A DNA stretch of 64,000 bases. Origin: Eledone cirrhosa (Eukaryota). Numbering within the stretch: the first letter of the stretch is position 1; the number at the start of each line of letters is the position of its first letter. The translations under genes were made by a program, and so were the position numbers. Below the pieces are notes generated by a model. The model was given only the letters and a program-made list of their open reading frames with translations, was not told where the DNA came from and did not search any database. Of the stretch, positions 11,779 to 24,304 are shown piece after piece. The DNA lies in contig OZ024743.1 of assembly GCA_964016885.1 (NCBI GenBank), positions 159,588,001 to 159,652,000 of the forward strand. Direction: 5' to 3'.

Positions 11779-13509
11779 ATTGGGAAAAGGACGTGATATA
11801 AAAATTTATAACTGATTTAATTTATTATAAAATTGTAAATGATGGATAACTTTTATATGTATATCTATGTATGCGTATGTATATATTATATATATGTATG
11901 TGTGTGTGGGTGTGTGTATATCAGGATCATTAACCCATTCGTTTGAACACTGACATCATTCTCCTAAATTAATATGTCGTACGCCTCGTTGTCTCGGTGA
12001 ACAGGATGAAAAGATAATCCACTGGGGAATGGCGTAAGAGACACGCTACAACAACCACTCCACCTCGAACAGATTGCACCCGCGGACAACCAGCTCCACT
12101 CCGATAGCAGTGAGCAGAGATGTGGTCCCGGGGTCTAGAACACGGGTTTTCTCCACTGCTACAGGCTCAACCCCAAATGACAGTTTTCACTTTTCTGCCA
12201 GGTTGTCGCTAGAGAAGTTATGTTCCAAACATTATTTACTGTACATGACCTGTATATGTTACGACATGGTCATAATCTAAATTCACTGTTTGACAAAGAA
12301 GCAAGTTTGAAAAGCTGGAATGTGAAGCATAATTGATGTTGACCTGGTCACACTGTGACAGGAGCAATTGGCTTGGTTACTGTTCTCATGTTGATCATTC
12401 TGCTGTGGCTGTTGCTGCTGTTGTTGATGCTGTTTGTCCTGCTATTTAGGTTGAAAAATATTAGAAGAAAAATGGGTTCATTTTCTTTAAAACGGTTGTG
12501 AATTTATTTGAAAGATACCTCAATATGCCTCAGTTTGCTCAAAATCTGTTTCTCTGAGCAGTATTTCTAATATTTGTGATGATTTGAGTTGCTTCTCCTA
12601 CCGGTTAAGGAACAGATGGACTGTTCTGTTGGCATCGTGTTGACTATTTTCGAGTGTTCGTTTCCATTAATTCTAAGTTTTTAAATATTTGGTCCTTAAC
12701 CCTCTGCTGTAGATTAGGTGAGGTATAGTATGAGAGGTTTATTGTAAATGTGTTAAACCTTTGGTGGCATCTATGGGTAGGAGAGAAGTTTTTCTTGTGT
12801 TAGAATATAATTTGGTGTAAAATGCTATTGGGTCGAACATTGAAATATGGACTATATCACATGCTTCTCATTTTGAGTAAAGAACATATATTTTGTTTTA
12901 ATAATGTTGTTTGTATCTTTAAACTTTGTATGTATTGGATTGTTTGCAAGTTTGTGTGGGTTATTTGTATTACAAATATTTTGTGACTTCTAGTTAATTG
13001 TTTCTTATTCTTTTTACAATTGTTTTTCGTGGGTTTACTAGCTCTATGATTTATAAAGTATTAGACGAATGAAGTGGCGCATGAGTAATATCATTTATTA
13101 AGCTAGAATTATTATTTGTATTGTTGCAAGATTGTTTCGGTGGTATCGTACGTGTAAGATTATTGATCTTACTCATGCGTGTTGCGTTACTTATAATAGT
13201 TGTCTTATTATCCAAGTTACGTCCAGCCCAAAGATGACGGCTGTAATTGTTATATCTATTTTTTTTACATCATTAAAAGGGATTTTATTGTTACTAACAT
13301 CTATGGTGGTAGTGATTTTATTTATTATAGAATTGGTAAGTGAAATGTTCGATTTAGTAGACCTGGTATTATATTTGATATTCTCTTTGAATCATGTCCT
13401 ACTCAAGTCCTCATTAAATACCAAAAGTTATTTGTCCCAGTATCCAATGATATATCTGAAAGACGATAGCGAATACACACACACACAGACACACACACAC
13501 AAGCATATG

Positions 13510-13554
<45 letters not shown>

Positions 13555-13703
13555 CATTCGTCTTTCAAATATATTGTTAGTGAGAAAACCTTGAATATTC
13601 CATTCCACCATTTGAGCCAGGCAGAGATGAAAATGATGTATGCTTCTATTATGTTATCACTGAACGTGTGTAACCAGAATTTACAGACAAAAATACATAT
13701 ATA

Positions 13704-13890
13704 TAATTGTTTCTACTTTTGGCACAAGGCCAGCAATTATCCCAGTTCATTACTGGTACTTTATTTTATCGACGTAAGGATGAGGGGCAAAGTTAACCTC
13801 GGCGAAATTTGAACTCAGACCATAAATGGCCGTAAATCTTTGCTGCAAAACATGGCGTCCGACCCTCTACCGATACTGCCAATCCACTGT
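13704..13890 (-). mobile_element. tRNA-derived SINE (family A)
   Basis: Minus strand has A box tggcagtatcgg, B box gagttcaaat, central ...cctcatcctta...cgataaaataaagtaccag and tail cttgtgccaaaagtagaaac. Confidence 0.85.
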
Positions 13891-14341
13891 TATATAGACA
13901 TATGTGTTCTCTCACATATATAGTGCTGGGTATCTTTCACATGACATACTTGTTGTTTTCCTATTCTTTTGCAGAACAGTATATTTTTCTTGAATAGTTG
14001 TAATTATTTACTGTTTAATATAAAAGTATTTTCTAAATGTTCGAATCCTGAAAATGCTTACAATACAGAATAATTCTACTTTTTAGTGTTCTGTACTACA
14101 AAATCAAAGCTAATTATTTCGGTTACAAAAAGGGAAAAGAGTCATCGTTCAGCTAGAATAGGGAACATGATATGACATGCGACTCATACAAAGTATTATA
14201 TATATTAAAAGACTGAAAAGTTAAATATCACGATTAATCAAACATTCAAAATACAAAAATGTTTGTCTCATTTCTGCCTATAAACAGATGCATGGTGATA
14301 GGAACTGTCAGCCTGGTAAAATATATCAACTGGACCACAGT

Positions 14342-14372
14342 TATTAATTTCGTCCAAAAAGAACTTCATCAG
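14342..14372 (-). ncRNA. Hammerhead core-like motif lacking stem I (probably decayed)
   Basis: Minus strand: CTGATGA-a-gttc ttttt ggac-GAAA-ttaa-TA; the flanks do not pair. Confidence 0.35.
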
Positions 14373-14935
14373 TTTCAATGAACTTCGCTAGTGTGCGTAT
14401 TGATTATGTGAGTGTATATTGATTACATACGCTTAGATGTATGATAAATGTGTAGATCATAGTAACAATCTCTATATAGGGTTTGACTTCGAAAAAAAAA
14501 AAGGTTTACAATAACTTGATTATCAGAATAATACTTCATAGATCGATATGAATCGAGATTCATACAATCATATGTTTATTGATTTCTTTAGCAGCTACTG
14601 TTATAGTTGTTTTCTTTTCTTTTCTTTTTTTTTATTTAGTTTTATTGCTCCAATACCTTGTAAATTGTACTGTCATACTATTAGATTGTTACAATGATTT
14701 CTAATATTAGCAAAAACATAAATGTATGGAGGAAAGTGGAAGAAGTAGAAAAAGTTACTGTACTTTGAGTAAGTTCTACAATATTCGTAAAGCATATTTC
14801 CCTAACCATAGAGAGGAGACAACATCAAATGTGACAGGACTTCAACACGGAACAGTGGAATGATGAAATTAGATGATAGGAATCATATATTTATTCATTA
14901 TTTCTACCCTCTCTTCTACTCCTTCAATCAATAAT

Positions 14936-15123
14936 AATTGTTTCTACTTTTAGCACAAGGTCAGCAATTATCGCAGTCCATTACTGGTACTTTATTTTAT
15001 CGACCCCGTAAGGATGAAAGGCAAAGTTAACCTCGGCAGGATTTGAACACATGCCATAAAGGGGCGTAAATCTATGCTAGAAAGCTTGGCGTCCGACCAT
15101 CTACTAATACTGCCAATCCACTG
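14936..15123 (-). mobile_element. tRNA-derived SINE (family A)
   Basis: Same sequence family as 13704-13890. Confidence 0.85.
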
Positions 15124-15599
15124 AATAATGGTTGCAAATATGATGATGATGATGATGAAGATGACACTATTGTCTTTTTAGCTCCAGAAAAATACTGATA
15201 GAACATAGCTATAATCAAAAGGCGTTCCAGCCGCAAATATTGTTGTCTTTTTGAATATCTGAAACTGAATTTTCCAATATATCCTACCTTATTTTTAAAG
15301 TGTGTTACTTGATTTGGCTGATATCTTTAACTTGACAATGAATTGTGAGGGGAATACCACGTGTGCTCTCGATGATGTTTCTGCTGTTGATAATAATCTG
15401 TTGCTGCTGACGATGACGATTATGTTGGCAAGTATATATATTCCTATATCTATAATTTCATTGAGGTTAGGTGTTATTTTAAATATCTAATGTTCACTTC
15501 TTTATTCTCTGAGAAGCCTTTCAGTGACACCATCACCAACCACAGCAAGAACACCCCAGTCTCAGCAATTCTATCATCAACAACGAAAACAAACCACAG

Positions 15600-15815
15600 T
15601 AATGGCTTCTACTTACGTCTCGTGGCCAGCAATTTAAGAAAATGTAAAAGTCGATTAAATCGACCATGTAATGGACTGGTTCTCTATTTCATCATCTAAA
15701 GAAGGACGGAAATGTATTTCTTCTTAGTGAGATTTGAATTCAGAATGTAAAGCGTGGGATAGAAAAAACACGGCAAAGCATGTTGTCCGATGCTCTAAAG
15801 AAATCCATAATTTCG
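15600..15815 (-). mobile_element. Old degenerate SINE (family A-related)
   Basis: ggccagcaattt...actggttc...gatttgaattcagaatgtaaag...gtccgatgctcta. Confidence 0.6.
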
Positions 15816-16289
15816 TGTTTAGCCTAAATGAAAAAGATTTTCTGACACAATTATTTTCGAATGCAGAATATAATGCAATATATTGAAAAAATAATAAACC
15901 GGATATTGAATAGGCTATTTATTGAAATCAGGTAACTCTCAGGTGGAGTATTTCTCTGACGAATCATCGCAGAAGATCATTTTTTGCTCCAAGGCAAGCG
16001 GCGATTTCTGACGAATGACGCCTCGCTCATTAGATATCAACGCTATTTTGGATATTAAAGATGAATACATGGCTATCTTCTACCACAAAAATAAGGGTCG
16101 AAAGATGCTTCATCTTTAATTACGAAATTGAACGAGCAAGTTTTTAAGCCATCCCTTTTGTGAATATATTATGGATGAACTCAACTAAAAACAAAATCAA
16201 ACTGCATTGGAAAAATTAGAATTAATGCAAACTTCTGGAACAATAAATAAAGTGTAGAATGTGTGCATTTTGAACACGATGATAGTAAT

Positions 16290-16510
16290 AATGATTTCTA
16301 GTATAGACACAAGGCCAGTAATTTGGGGGTAGGGGAAAGTCGGTTAAAACGACCGCAGTATATTACTGGAACTTTATTTTATCGACCCCGTAAGTATGAA
16401 AGGCAAAGCTAACCTCAGCAGGATTTGAACTCAGAACGTAATGGAGCATAACCCTATGCTAAAAATCATGGCGTCCGACCCCCTACCGATTCTGACAATC
16501 CATCATCCTT
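16290..16510 (-). mobile_element. tRNA-derived SINE (family A, long variant)
   Basis: acaaggccagtaattt...atcgaccccgtaag...ggatttgaactcag; flanked by (AAT)n. Confidence 0.85.
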
Positions 16511-16639
16511 AATAAATAATAATACATATGGTTCTTGATTTAGGCACAAATCCAATAGGATGTGGGATTAAATTGACCCAAGCTCGTTACTGTTGCTTTA
16601 TTGGATCGACCACGTATAAATGAAATCCCAAGAGAGTTG

Positions 16640-18580
16640 AATGCTCAAGAGAATGAATGCACAGAAAACCCCAAAATCTACAGACCAACGATGTACAAAG
16701 TCTTCATATCAATGATTACCATTAGGATCTACATTTAGCTTGTTTGTGGGGATCTATTGCCACCTCAACAAAAAGGCTGTAAACGTGAGAGTTATTGATG
16801 CAAAGATCAGATACTGATAAATAGACTCATAACGGGAAACTTCAAACAGAAAAAGAAAGACTCCAAGAAAGCATTCGGCAGCGTACCTCATTGATTGATC
16901 ATAAAGACACTAGAAATGTATCACATAGCACATGAGATCACAACTGTTCTGAAGGCAATGATAACAGACTGAGGAACTACGATGGTCTTTGAACACCACA
17001 ACGGACCACTGATCAAGATTAATCGATGATTGTTCCAACGTGACTAAATGTCCCTCTTGTAGTTCTGTTTGTCACTTGCTCCGCTAAGGAGGTCAGGCTA
17101 TGGATATAAACACTACAGTCACCTTCTTTATATGGATGATATCAAGCTATTTGGAAACAGCTGGAAGGTATACTGCATACAATGAAACAATTTATTGATG
17201 ACATCCATTGATATTTGAAGTGGACAAGTGTGCAAAAGCCACATTCAAGAGCGGGTTGCTCTCTAACCATAAAGAGATTGCCATAGACCAACAAACCACC
17301 GTAAAGGAACTTAACAATGAAGAGTTCTACAAATATTTTAATATTTTGGAATTAATAAAGGAGATGGAATCCAGCATGCAAATATGAAGGAGAAGATACG
17401 GAAGGTGTAAATATGGAGGGTGAGACTGGTAAAAAAGGGAGATGAACTCCTGCAACAAGTTGAAAGTCGTTAACTGTCTAGCAGTACCATGGGTAACATA
17501 CAACTTTAACATCATAAACAGGAACCTGCAAGAACTACAAAACATGGACACAAAGACCAGAAAATTATTGACAACGGAAAAAATGCACGACACTAAAATG
17601 GATGTATACAGGCTGTATATCTCAAGGAGAGAAGATGGACGGGGCCTTCTACAACTGGAAGCTGCATACAAAACATAAACCATTGGATTGGATAGCTACC
17701 GCCATCACACACGACATGAACCGCTTGAGCCTGCATTCAAGCATGAAGGAATTAAGAAACTACTCAATAACAAAAAAGGCAAGAAAATGTAGGCAAAAAC
17801 TGAGTAGAGAATAAGACATACCCAAGAAAAATCAACGACGGAGTGCTTCACAGCTAGGTATGAGTGTGAAACTCCAAACAGAGGATCTACACCACTACAT
17901 GGTAGATTCCCAGAACGACATTCTGACAATGATATCGACCAGCATGGTGCACTATCCTGGCTCAGAAGGGCTGGTTTAAAAGTAGAGACTGAGGGACTCT
18001 TAGTTGTTGCACAAGACAAATCTCTAAACACTCGGGGATACAGACACAGAATAGTGAAATATGGGACTATCCCTCTATGTCTGACTGGAAAGACACAACC
18101 GCATTGCCAAATATGTGCACTCGATTCTCTGTCACTTTCATGACATCCATCCGTCTGAAAAATGCTATGAACAGCAATCAAAACAGTCATGGAAAAGGGC
18201 AACATACCCATCTTGTGGGATATGCCTGTGATAACCGACCGACAAATCGCTGCCAACAGACCAGATATCATCATAAAACCAAAACAGATCGGACATGTAG
18301 CCTTATAGATATTTCCGTACCAAAAGACAAGAATAAATTTATAAAAACAATGAAAAAACTGTCAAATACAAACACCTGGATATAGAGATCGACCGCATGT
18401 AGCGGATGACCACAAACACTATCCCCGTGGTAATAGGAGCATCAGGATTAATACTCAAATCATTACACTTACACCTTAGTGTAACATCAACACATATGTA
18501 CCACAAATGTTCTCTCTCTAAGATGAACCCGGCAATAGAGAAAAAACTGAACTAAACGGATTAACACAATAATTATAATA
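16640..18580 (+). mobile_element. Degenerate Dong/R4-like LINE (RT to RLE), 5' truncated
   Basis: QQKGCKR, HLLYMDDIKLF, DKCAKATF, DTKTRKLLT..KMH, RLYISRREDGRGL, AGLKVETEGL, RPDII motifs; many stops; ends in (AAT)-rich sequence. Confidence 0.85.
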
Positions 18581-18601
18581 TTAATAATATTAATAATAAT
18601 A

Positions 18602-18797
18602 AAGGTTTCTTTTATAGGCACAAGGCCAGCAATTTTGAGGGAGGGGAGAATCGATTAAATCGATCTCCAATGCCTCACTGGTACTTTATTTTATCGACCC
18701 CGTAAGGATGAAAGGCAAAGTTAACCTCGGCAGGATTTGAACGTAAAGAGCCATTAGCGCAAAGCATGGTGTCTGACGCTCTACCGATACTACCAAT
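18602..18797 (-). mobile_element. tRNA-derived SINE (family A, long variant)
   Basis: Family A body between (AAT)n tracts. Confidence 0.85.
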
Positions 18798-18821
18798 AAT
18801 AATAATAATAATAATAATAAT

Positions 18822-19007
18822 AATTGTTTCTACTTTTGGCACAAGGCCAGCAATTATCCCAGTACATTACTGGTACTTTATTTTATCGACCCCGTAAGGA
18901 TGAAAGGCAAAGTAAACCTCGGCGGGAATTGAACTCAGATCGTAAAGGGACGTAACTATGCTGGAAAGCATATCCTACCCTCTACCAATACTGCCAATTC
19001 ACCGCCT
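18822..19007 (-). mobile_element. tRNA-derived SINE (family A)
   Basis: Complete copy between (AAT)n tracts. Confidence 0.88.
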
Positions 19008-19880
19008 TTATAATAATAATAATAATAATAATAAGGGAAGAAGACGCACGAGGTGGTAGAAGGTCATGAAATCGCTCCCGTAAGTTTTTGATTTTTAACA
19101 TATTTAAATCAATTGTGAAATAACAATTCTTAGTACAAATGTTGCATAAACCACCGAATCAGGTCCCATAAAGTTTCGGTTCCATATTATATTGTTGTAT
19201 CGCTCAAATATTCAATTTTGTATTATATATTTTGTATTCAAAAAAAGAAAATGGTTATAAATGGGAAAAAAACACCCTCTGTCTACACTATATAGAACAG
19301 CCAAATAACAGCAATTTCACCAACACCAGAAACTTGATACACCACCTATCCCATCACACTAAATATAACAGCCAGATAACGGCAATTTCACCAGCATCAT
19401 AATAATAATTACTATTATTATTGTCTCAAATTTAAAAAAAAAATGTTTAATTCCAATTTTACGGGAATATGTCAACACAAAATATAATAAAAATATATAT
19501 TAAACATACGAACACAAACTCATAGATATTACATGTCAGTAACCACAACGCCACCGCTGCCACCACACCACCCCATCCATTATTGCTACCACTATCCGAT
19601 CGTCGTCGCCGCCACCACTCCTTCAATGCTACCACCACTATTCCCCTGTTAACTTGAGAGAGAAAGGGGAAGGTGGCGGTATCACTAGACAAAGGAGAGG
19701 CTAGCAAAAGATATAAATAGATTGACTTAGTGACCTGGCCACCGGCCAAACGTCAACATCAACAACTATGGGACTGCTGGCTCACCCCTTCCTCACCAAC
19801 AATATAAAAAGCCCCGGCACCACCACCGACATAGCCAACAACAATAACAGCCAACTACAACAAAAAGTATATTATATTAT

Positions 19881-19932
19881 TGTAATGCACTGGGTGATTG
19901 CTGGCCTTGTGCCTGGAGTGGAGACAATTATT
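19881..19932 (+). mobile_element. SINE family A 3' fragment
   Basis: gtaatgcactgggtgattgctggccttgtgcc...gacaattatt. Confidence 0.65.
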
Positions 19933-20009
19933 AATAATTTCATTCTTAAGCCACGCAATGCTCACATTAAGGAACCACTCATGATAATAACAATTTAAAA
20001 AAACAACCA

Positions 20010-23000
20010 AAAGAAAACCCCGTGACCAAGAAATACCGGGATGGCGGCCGGTGGGGAATAGCCGTGTCTCTAGGGGAGAACGACCCCTCTAGTCTTGGTT
20101 GACACTCGTTCTAGAAGTGGTAACACGAAATGATTACCCCTTGGCGGATAAGGATAAAACGCGACAAAATAAAGTAAATGTCTAATGATAAAATCTCATA
20201 CCGGATCGGCCGTCACCCGGGTAAAAAAGGGCCGCGTCCCTCAGAGAGGAACCAGACTGGGGTCGAAAAATCAGCTAATGGTTCAAACCTTCCCATCACT
20301 TCGGAGCTGGAGACCTCCCATAACCGGAATACTCCTACTATTGGCCCTCCATGCTCACCACCAAGAAATCCAAAGAAAAAGAGAGAAAAATGGTCAAGGG
20401 AAGATAATAAAGAAGTCCTTGAGGCTTTCTACACTGCCATGTACTACCCATCAAATACATCGAATACAGAACAGACATATATCAACTGGAAAAAGAAACA
20501 TCCCGAAAACAGAGGCTATATTGACAGTAACAAACTAGCCAATATACGAAGAAATATTGTAAGAAAAAAGTTACTAACTGATATAGAAATTGATCAGATC
20601 AAGCTATTAGCACAAAGTCAGCTAAGGGAAAATGAAACATGTGTCAGTGAAAACGAGGTAAACTGTAACACTTCGAATCCCAGGGTTGGGGCGGAATCAC
20701 TGGCAACAGAACAAATTAAAGAAAGGATCGAAAAAGTGGAGGGAGTGCATGCTCAGGATGAAACTCCAAATGAAAATAATGAGATCGTAAATGATAAAGA
20801 AATGAATGAGAATGAACTTGCCAACTTGAAGGATGAAATTATGATCAAATGGATGAAAATGAAAGAATCTGAGATGGGGCAACGAGACACCCTCCCTAAG
20901 ATCCAGAACTCCAAACAGAACCAAAAGATAATACACAAGACTAACATAATTCTCAAAAACATTATCATCACAAACAAACTAAACATTACTGATTTAAATC
21001 ATCTCTATTATGCATCGGCTAAAGTCACCACTCACTTATGTGGAGTGAAGATGAAAAAACAAAGGAATTCCCACAAGAAATCTACTTGGCAAGAGAACAT
21101 CAATCGCCAAATAAACCTTCTCCGATCATACATAGAAATTTTAACACTATAAAGTAGGTGAACATGTTAAACAAACTAAACTTAGAAAATTGAAAAAAAA
21201 GTACAGTATAAAATCAACATGTGACATAGACATGCTGATAGAAATAATCAAGCAAAAAGTGTCGGCCAAAGCTGCTCGTATAAAGCGCTTTGAAAAACGA
21301 TTTAGATTCTATAAGGACAATAATATGTTCAAAAACAACCAAAGAAACTTCTACAGAAAAATTGGTAAGTCAAAAATAACTGCTAAATCAATACCACCCA
21401 AGGAGGAAGTGCAAGAATTCTGGGAAAAGATCTGGGCCGAAGAAAAAGTTCATAACATACATGCCCCATGGATAGACAGACAAATGAAAGATACAGCTCA
21501 CCTTGAGGAACAAACATGGGAAAATATAACAGTTGCGCTTGGCTCTAAGAAAAACCAACAAATGGAAATCCCCAGGAAAAGACAAAATACAAAACTTTTG
21601 GATAAATGCCTTCACAGAGTCTCATGAGCTGTTAGCCCAACTTTACAATGAAATAGTTAAGGAGCCAGAAAAGATACCATCATGGCTAGTTAACGGCATT
21701 ACATTCCTGCTTCCGAAGAATGATGAGACAAACAATCCCAAAAATTACAGACCGATAACTTGCTTGACCACAATGTATAAAATTTTAACATCAGTCCTAA
21801 CTGAATACACATATGACCACCTGATAACAAATGACCTATTTCCCATTGAGCAGAAAGGGTGTAAACGAGGCTCATATGGCTGTAAGGATCAGCTTCTGGT
21901 TAACAAAATGATACTGGAAGATTGTCATAATAGACACAAAAATCTATCGATTGCTTGAATAGATTATAAAAAAAGCATTCGATAGTTTGCCACACAGTTG
22001 GATTGAAAAATGTTTAGAGATTTTCAAAATATCCCCCGTTGTCAGGAGGTTTTTGTCATTCAGTATGAAGACATGGAAAACGACACTCCTTTTGAATAGT
22101 GAAACAAAATCACTGGAAGCTGGAGAAGTTAATATTAATTGTGGAATTTTTCAGGGTGACTCTTTGTCACCGCTTTTATTCTGCATCGCCCTTATACCAT
22201 TAAGTAAAATGCTCAATGAAACAAAACATGGATATAAAGTCTATGACAAAACCATTAATCACCTTTTCTACATGGATGAGCTGAAAATATTTGCAAAAAA
22301 TGATGAACAATTGCAAGGGCTATTATCCACTGTGAAGCAGTTCAGTGATGACATTAAAATGGAGTTTGGACTAGATAAATGCGCCAAAGCAACGTTCACC
22401 AGAGGAAAGCTGTTGAAGAGTTTAGACATTAATCTTGATCGGGGGAACGTGATTAGAGAACTTGATCAAGAAAAAAATTACAAATATCTAGGTGTTTGTG
22501 AAGGAGACGGAATCAAGCACTCGACAATGAGGGAAAGGATAAGGAAGGAATGTTACCGCAGAGTAAGAGCAATCTTAAGAACGGAATTGAATGCAAGGAA
22601 TAGTATCGATGCCATAAAAACGCTTGCCATACCAGTAGTAACCTACAGTTACAATGTCATCAACTGGTCAAGCACAGAGATCCGTAGGCTCGATACAAAA
22701 ATTCGAAAATTCTTAACCATGCACAGAATGCATCACCCTAAGGCAGATATAGATAGAATATATCTCCCTGGGAAAGAAGGAGGACGTGGGTTAATCCAGT
22801 TAGACATTGAAACTGTAATAATAATAATAATAATAATTAGTAGAAAACTCTTAACCATGCACAGAGTGCATCACCCTAAGGCAGATACATATCAAATATA
22901 TCTCCCTAGGAAAGAAGTAGGACGTGGGTTAATCCAGTTAGATATTGCGTTGAAAACTGCAACAATTGGATTATCTACATGTCTAAGGGAATCACATGAT

Positions 23001-24090
23001 TGGATGATCAAACTCGTTTTGAAACACGAAAGCATCAAAAGATCATACTCCATTACAAAAGATGCACAAAGATACAGTAATGGACTACACATTTCAGAAG
23101 TCCCATTTACTACTGAAATGGAAAATACAGAAAAAGCAAAGCAGGTAAAAGTAACTGCAAAGAAAGAACTGCTACAGAAACTGGCTAAGAAATGGCAAGA
23201 AAAGCCTCTGTATGGAAAATACCCAGAACGAGCTAACAATCCTGATGTTGACAAAACTTTAACCCATCAGTGGTTGGCATCCTCTGGACTGAAATCGGAG
23301 ACTGAAGAACTGACTATATCAGCACAAGATCATTCTCTGCCAACACAAAATTACCAAGCCAACATAATAAAAAATGGATGCAGCCCATTATGCCGTGTAT
23401 GGAAAAAAACAACTAGAGACCATTGATCATATAATTTCAATGTGCAGTCATATAGCTCCAACCGAATACCTAAACAGGAATGACAGAGCTGCACAATACA
23501 TACATTGGATAATGTGTAAGCATTTTGACCTGCCCCATCAAAAGAATTGGTGGGAGCATCAACCACCTCCCATACTTGAAAAAGATCATATCTCAATCTT
23601 GTGAAACTTTAGCATCCAAACAGACCGAAAAATAGATGCAAATAGACCTGATATAATACTGAAGGACTTTAAAAAGAGTGTATGCCTGCTAATTGATATG
23701 TCCGTTCCAATAGACAAGAATGTATCTATAAAAACATTTGAAAAATTGAGCAAGTATAAGGACCTGGAGATAGAAATTGGAAAAATGTGGAAATTGAGAA
23801 CTAAAACAATAGGCGCTCTAGGAATGATACCTAAGGGGTCTAATGATTACTTATCGCAAATCCCAGGAAACCCGCGTATAGGAGAAATACAAAGATAGTA
23901 CTAATGGGAACTCGCCGGATACTAAGTAAGATTCTGTCAATATAAGTACATCACAAGTCTAAACACCTAAAGTTGCATGTGTGTGTATGTATGTACTTTC
24001 TTGAACATGGCGGACCTTGTTGTCTCTTGAGGTCACTGGTTGTGACTTGGTGATAACTCGTATGAACATAAAGCAAGATAAATGCAACTA
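20010..24090 (+). mobile_element. Near full-length Dong/R4-like non-LTR retrotransposon (single ORF, RT plus CCHC/RLE), inactivated
   Basis: ORFs 20178-21152, 21190-21627, 21533-21958, 21987-23426 and 23374-23898 carry WKSPGKD, NYRPITCL, EQKGCKRGSYGCKDQL, GIFQGDSLSPL, HLFYMDE(D)LK, C..C...ETIDHIIS.C, NRPDII and KLSKYKDL; ends in a (TAA)n tail at about 24090. Confidence 0.92.
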
Positions 24091-24107
24091 TAATAATAAT
24101 AATAATA

Positions 24108-24294
24108 ATTGTTTCTACTTTATGCACAACGCCAGCAATTACCCAGTGCATTCCTGGTACTTTATTTTATCGACCCCGTAAGGATGAAAGGCAAAGTCAA
24201 CATTGGCGGGATTTTAACTCGGGCTGTAAAGGGACGTAACTATGCTAGAAAGCATGGCCTCCAGCCCTGTACCGATACTGCCAATTCACCGCCC
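24108..24294 (-). mobile_element. tRNA-derived SINE (family A)
   Basis: Complete copy inserted in the Dong (TAA)n tail. Confidence 0.85.
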
Positions 24295-24304
24295 TATTAT
24301 AATA

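Noticed and set aside
11950-13400. Strand-biased region resembling a decayed retroelement 5' region
   Set aside because: No motif I could identify with confidence
15950-16040. Two CTGACGA hammerhead-like starts
   Set aside because: No GAAA/UH arrangement or stem I
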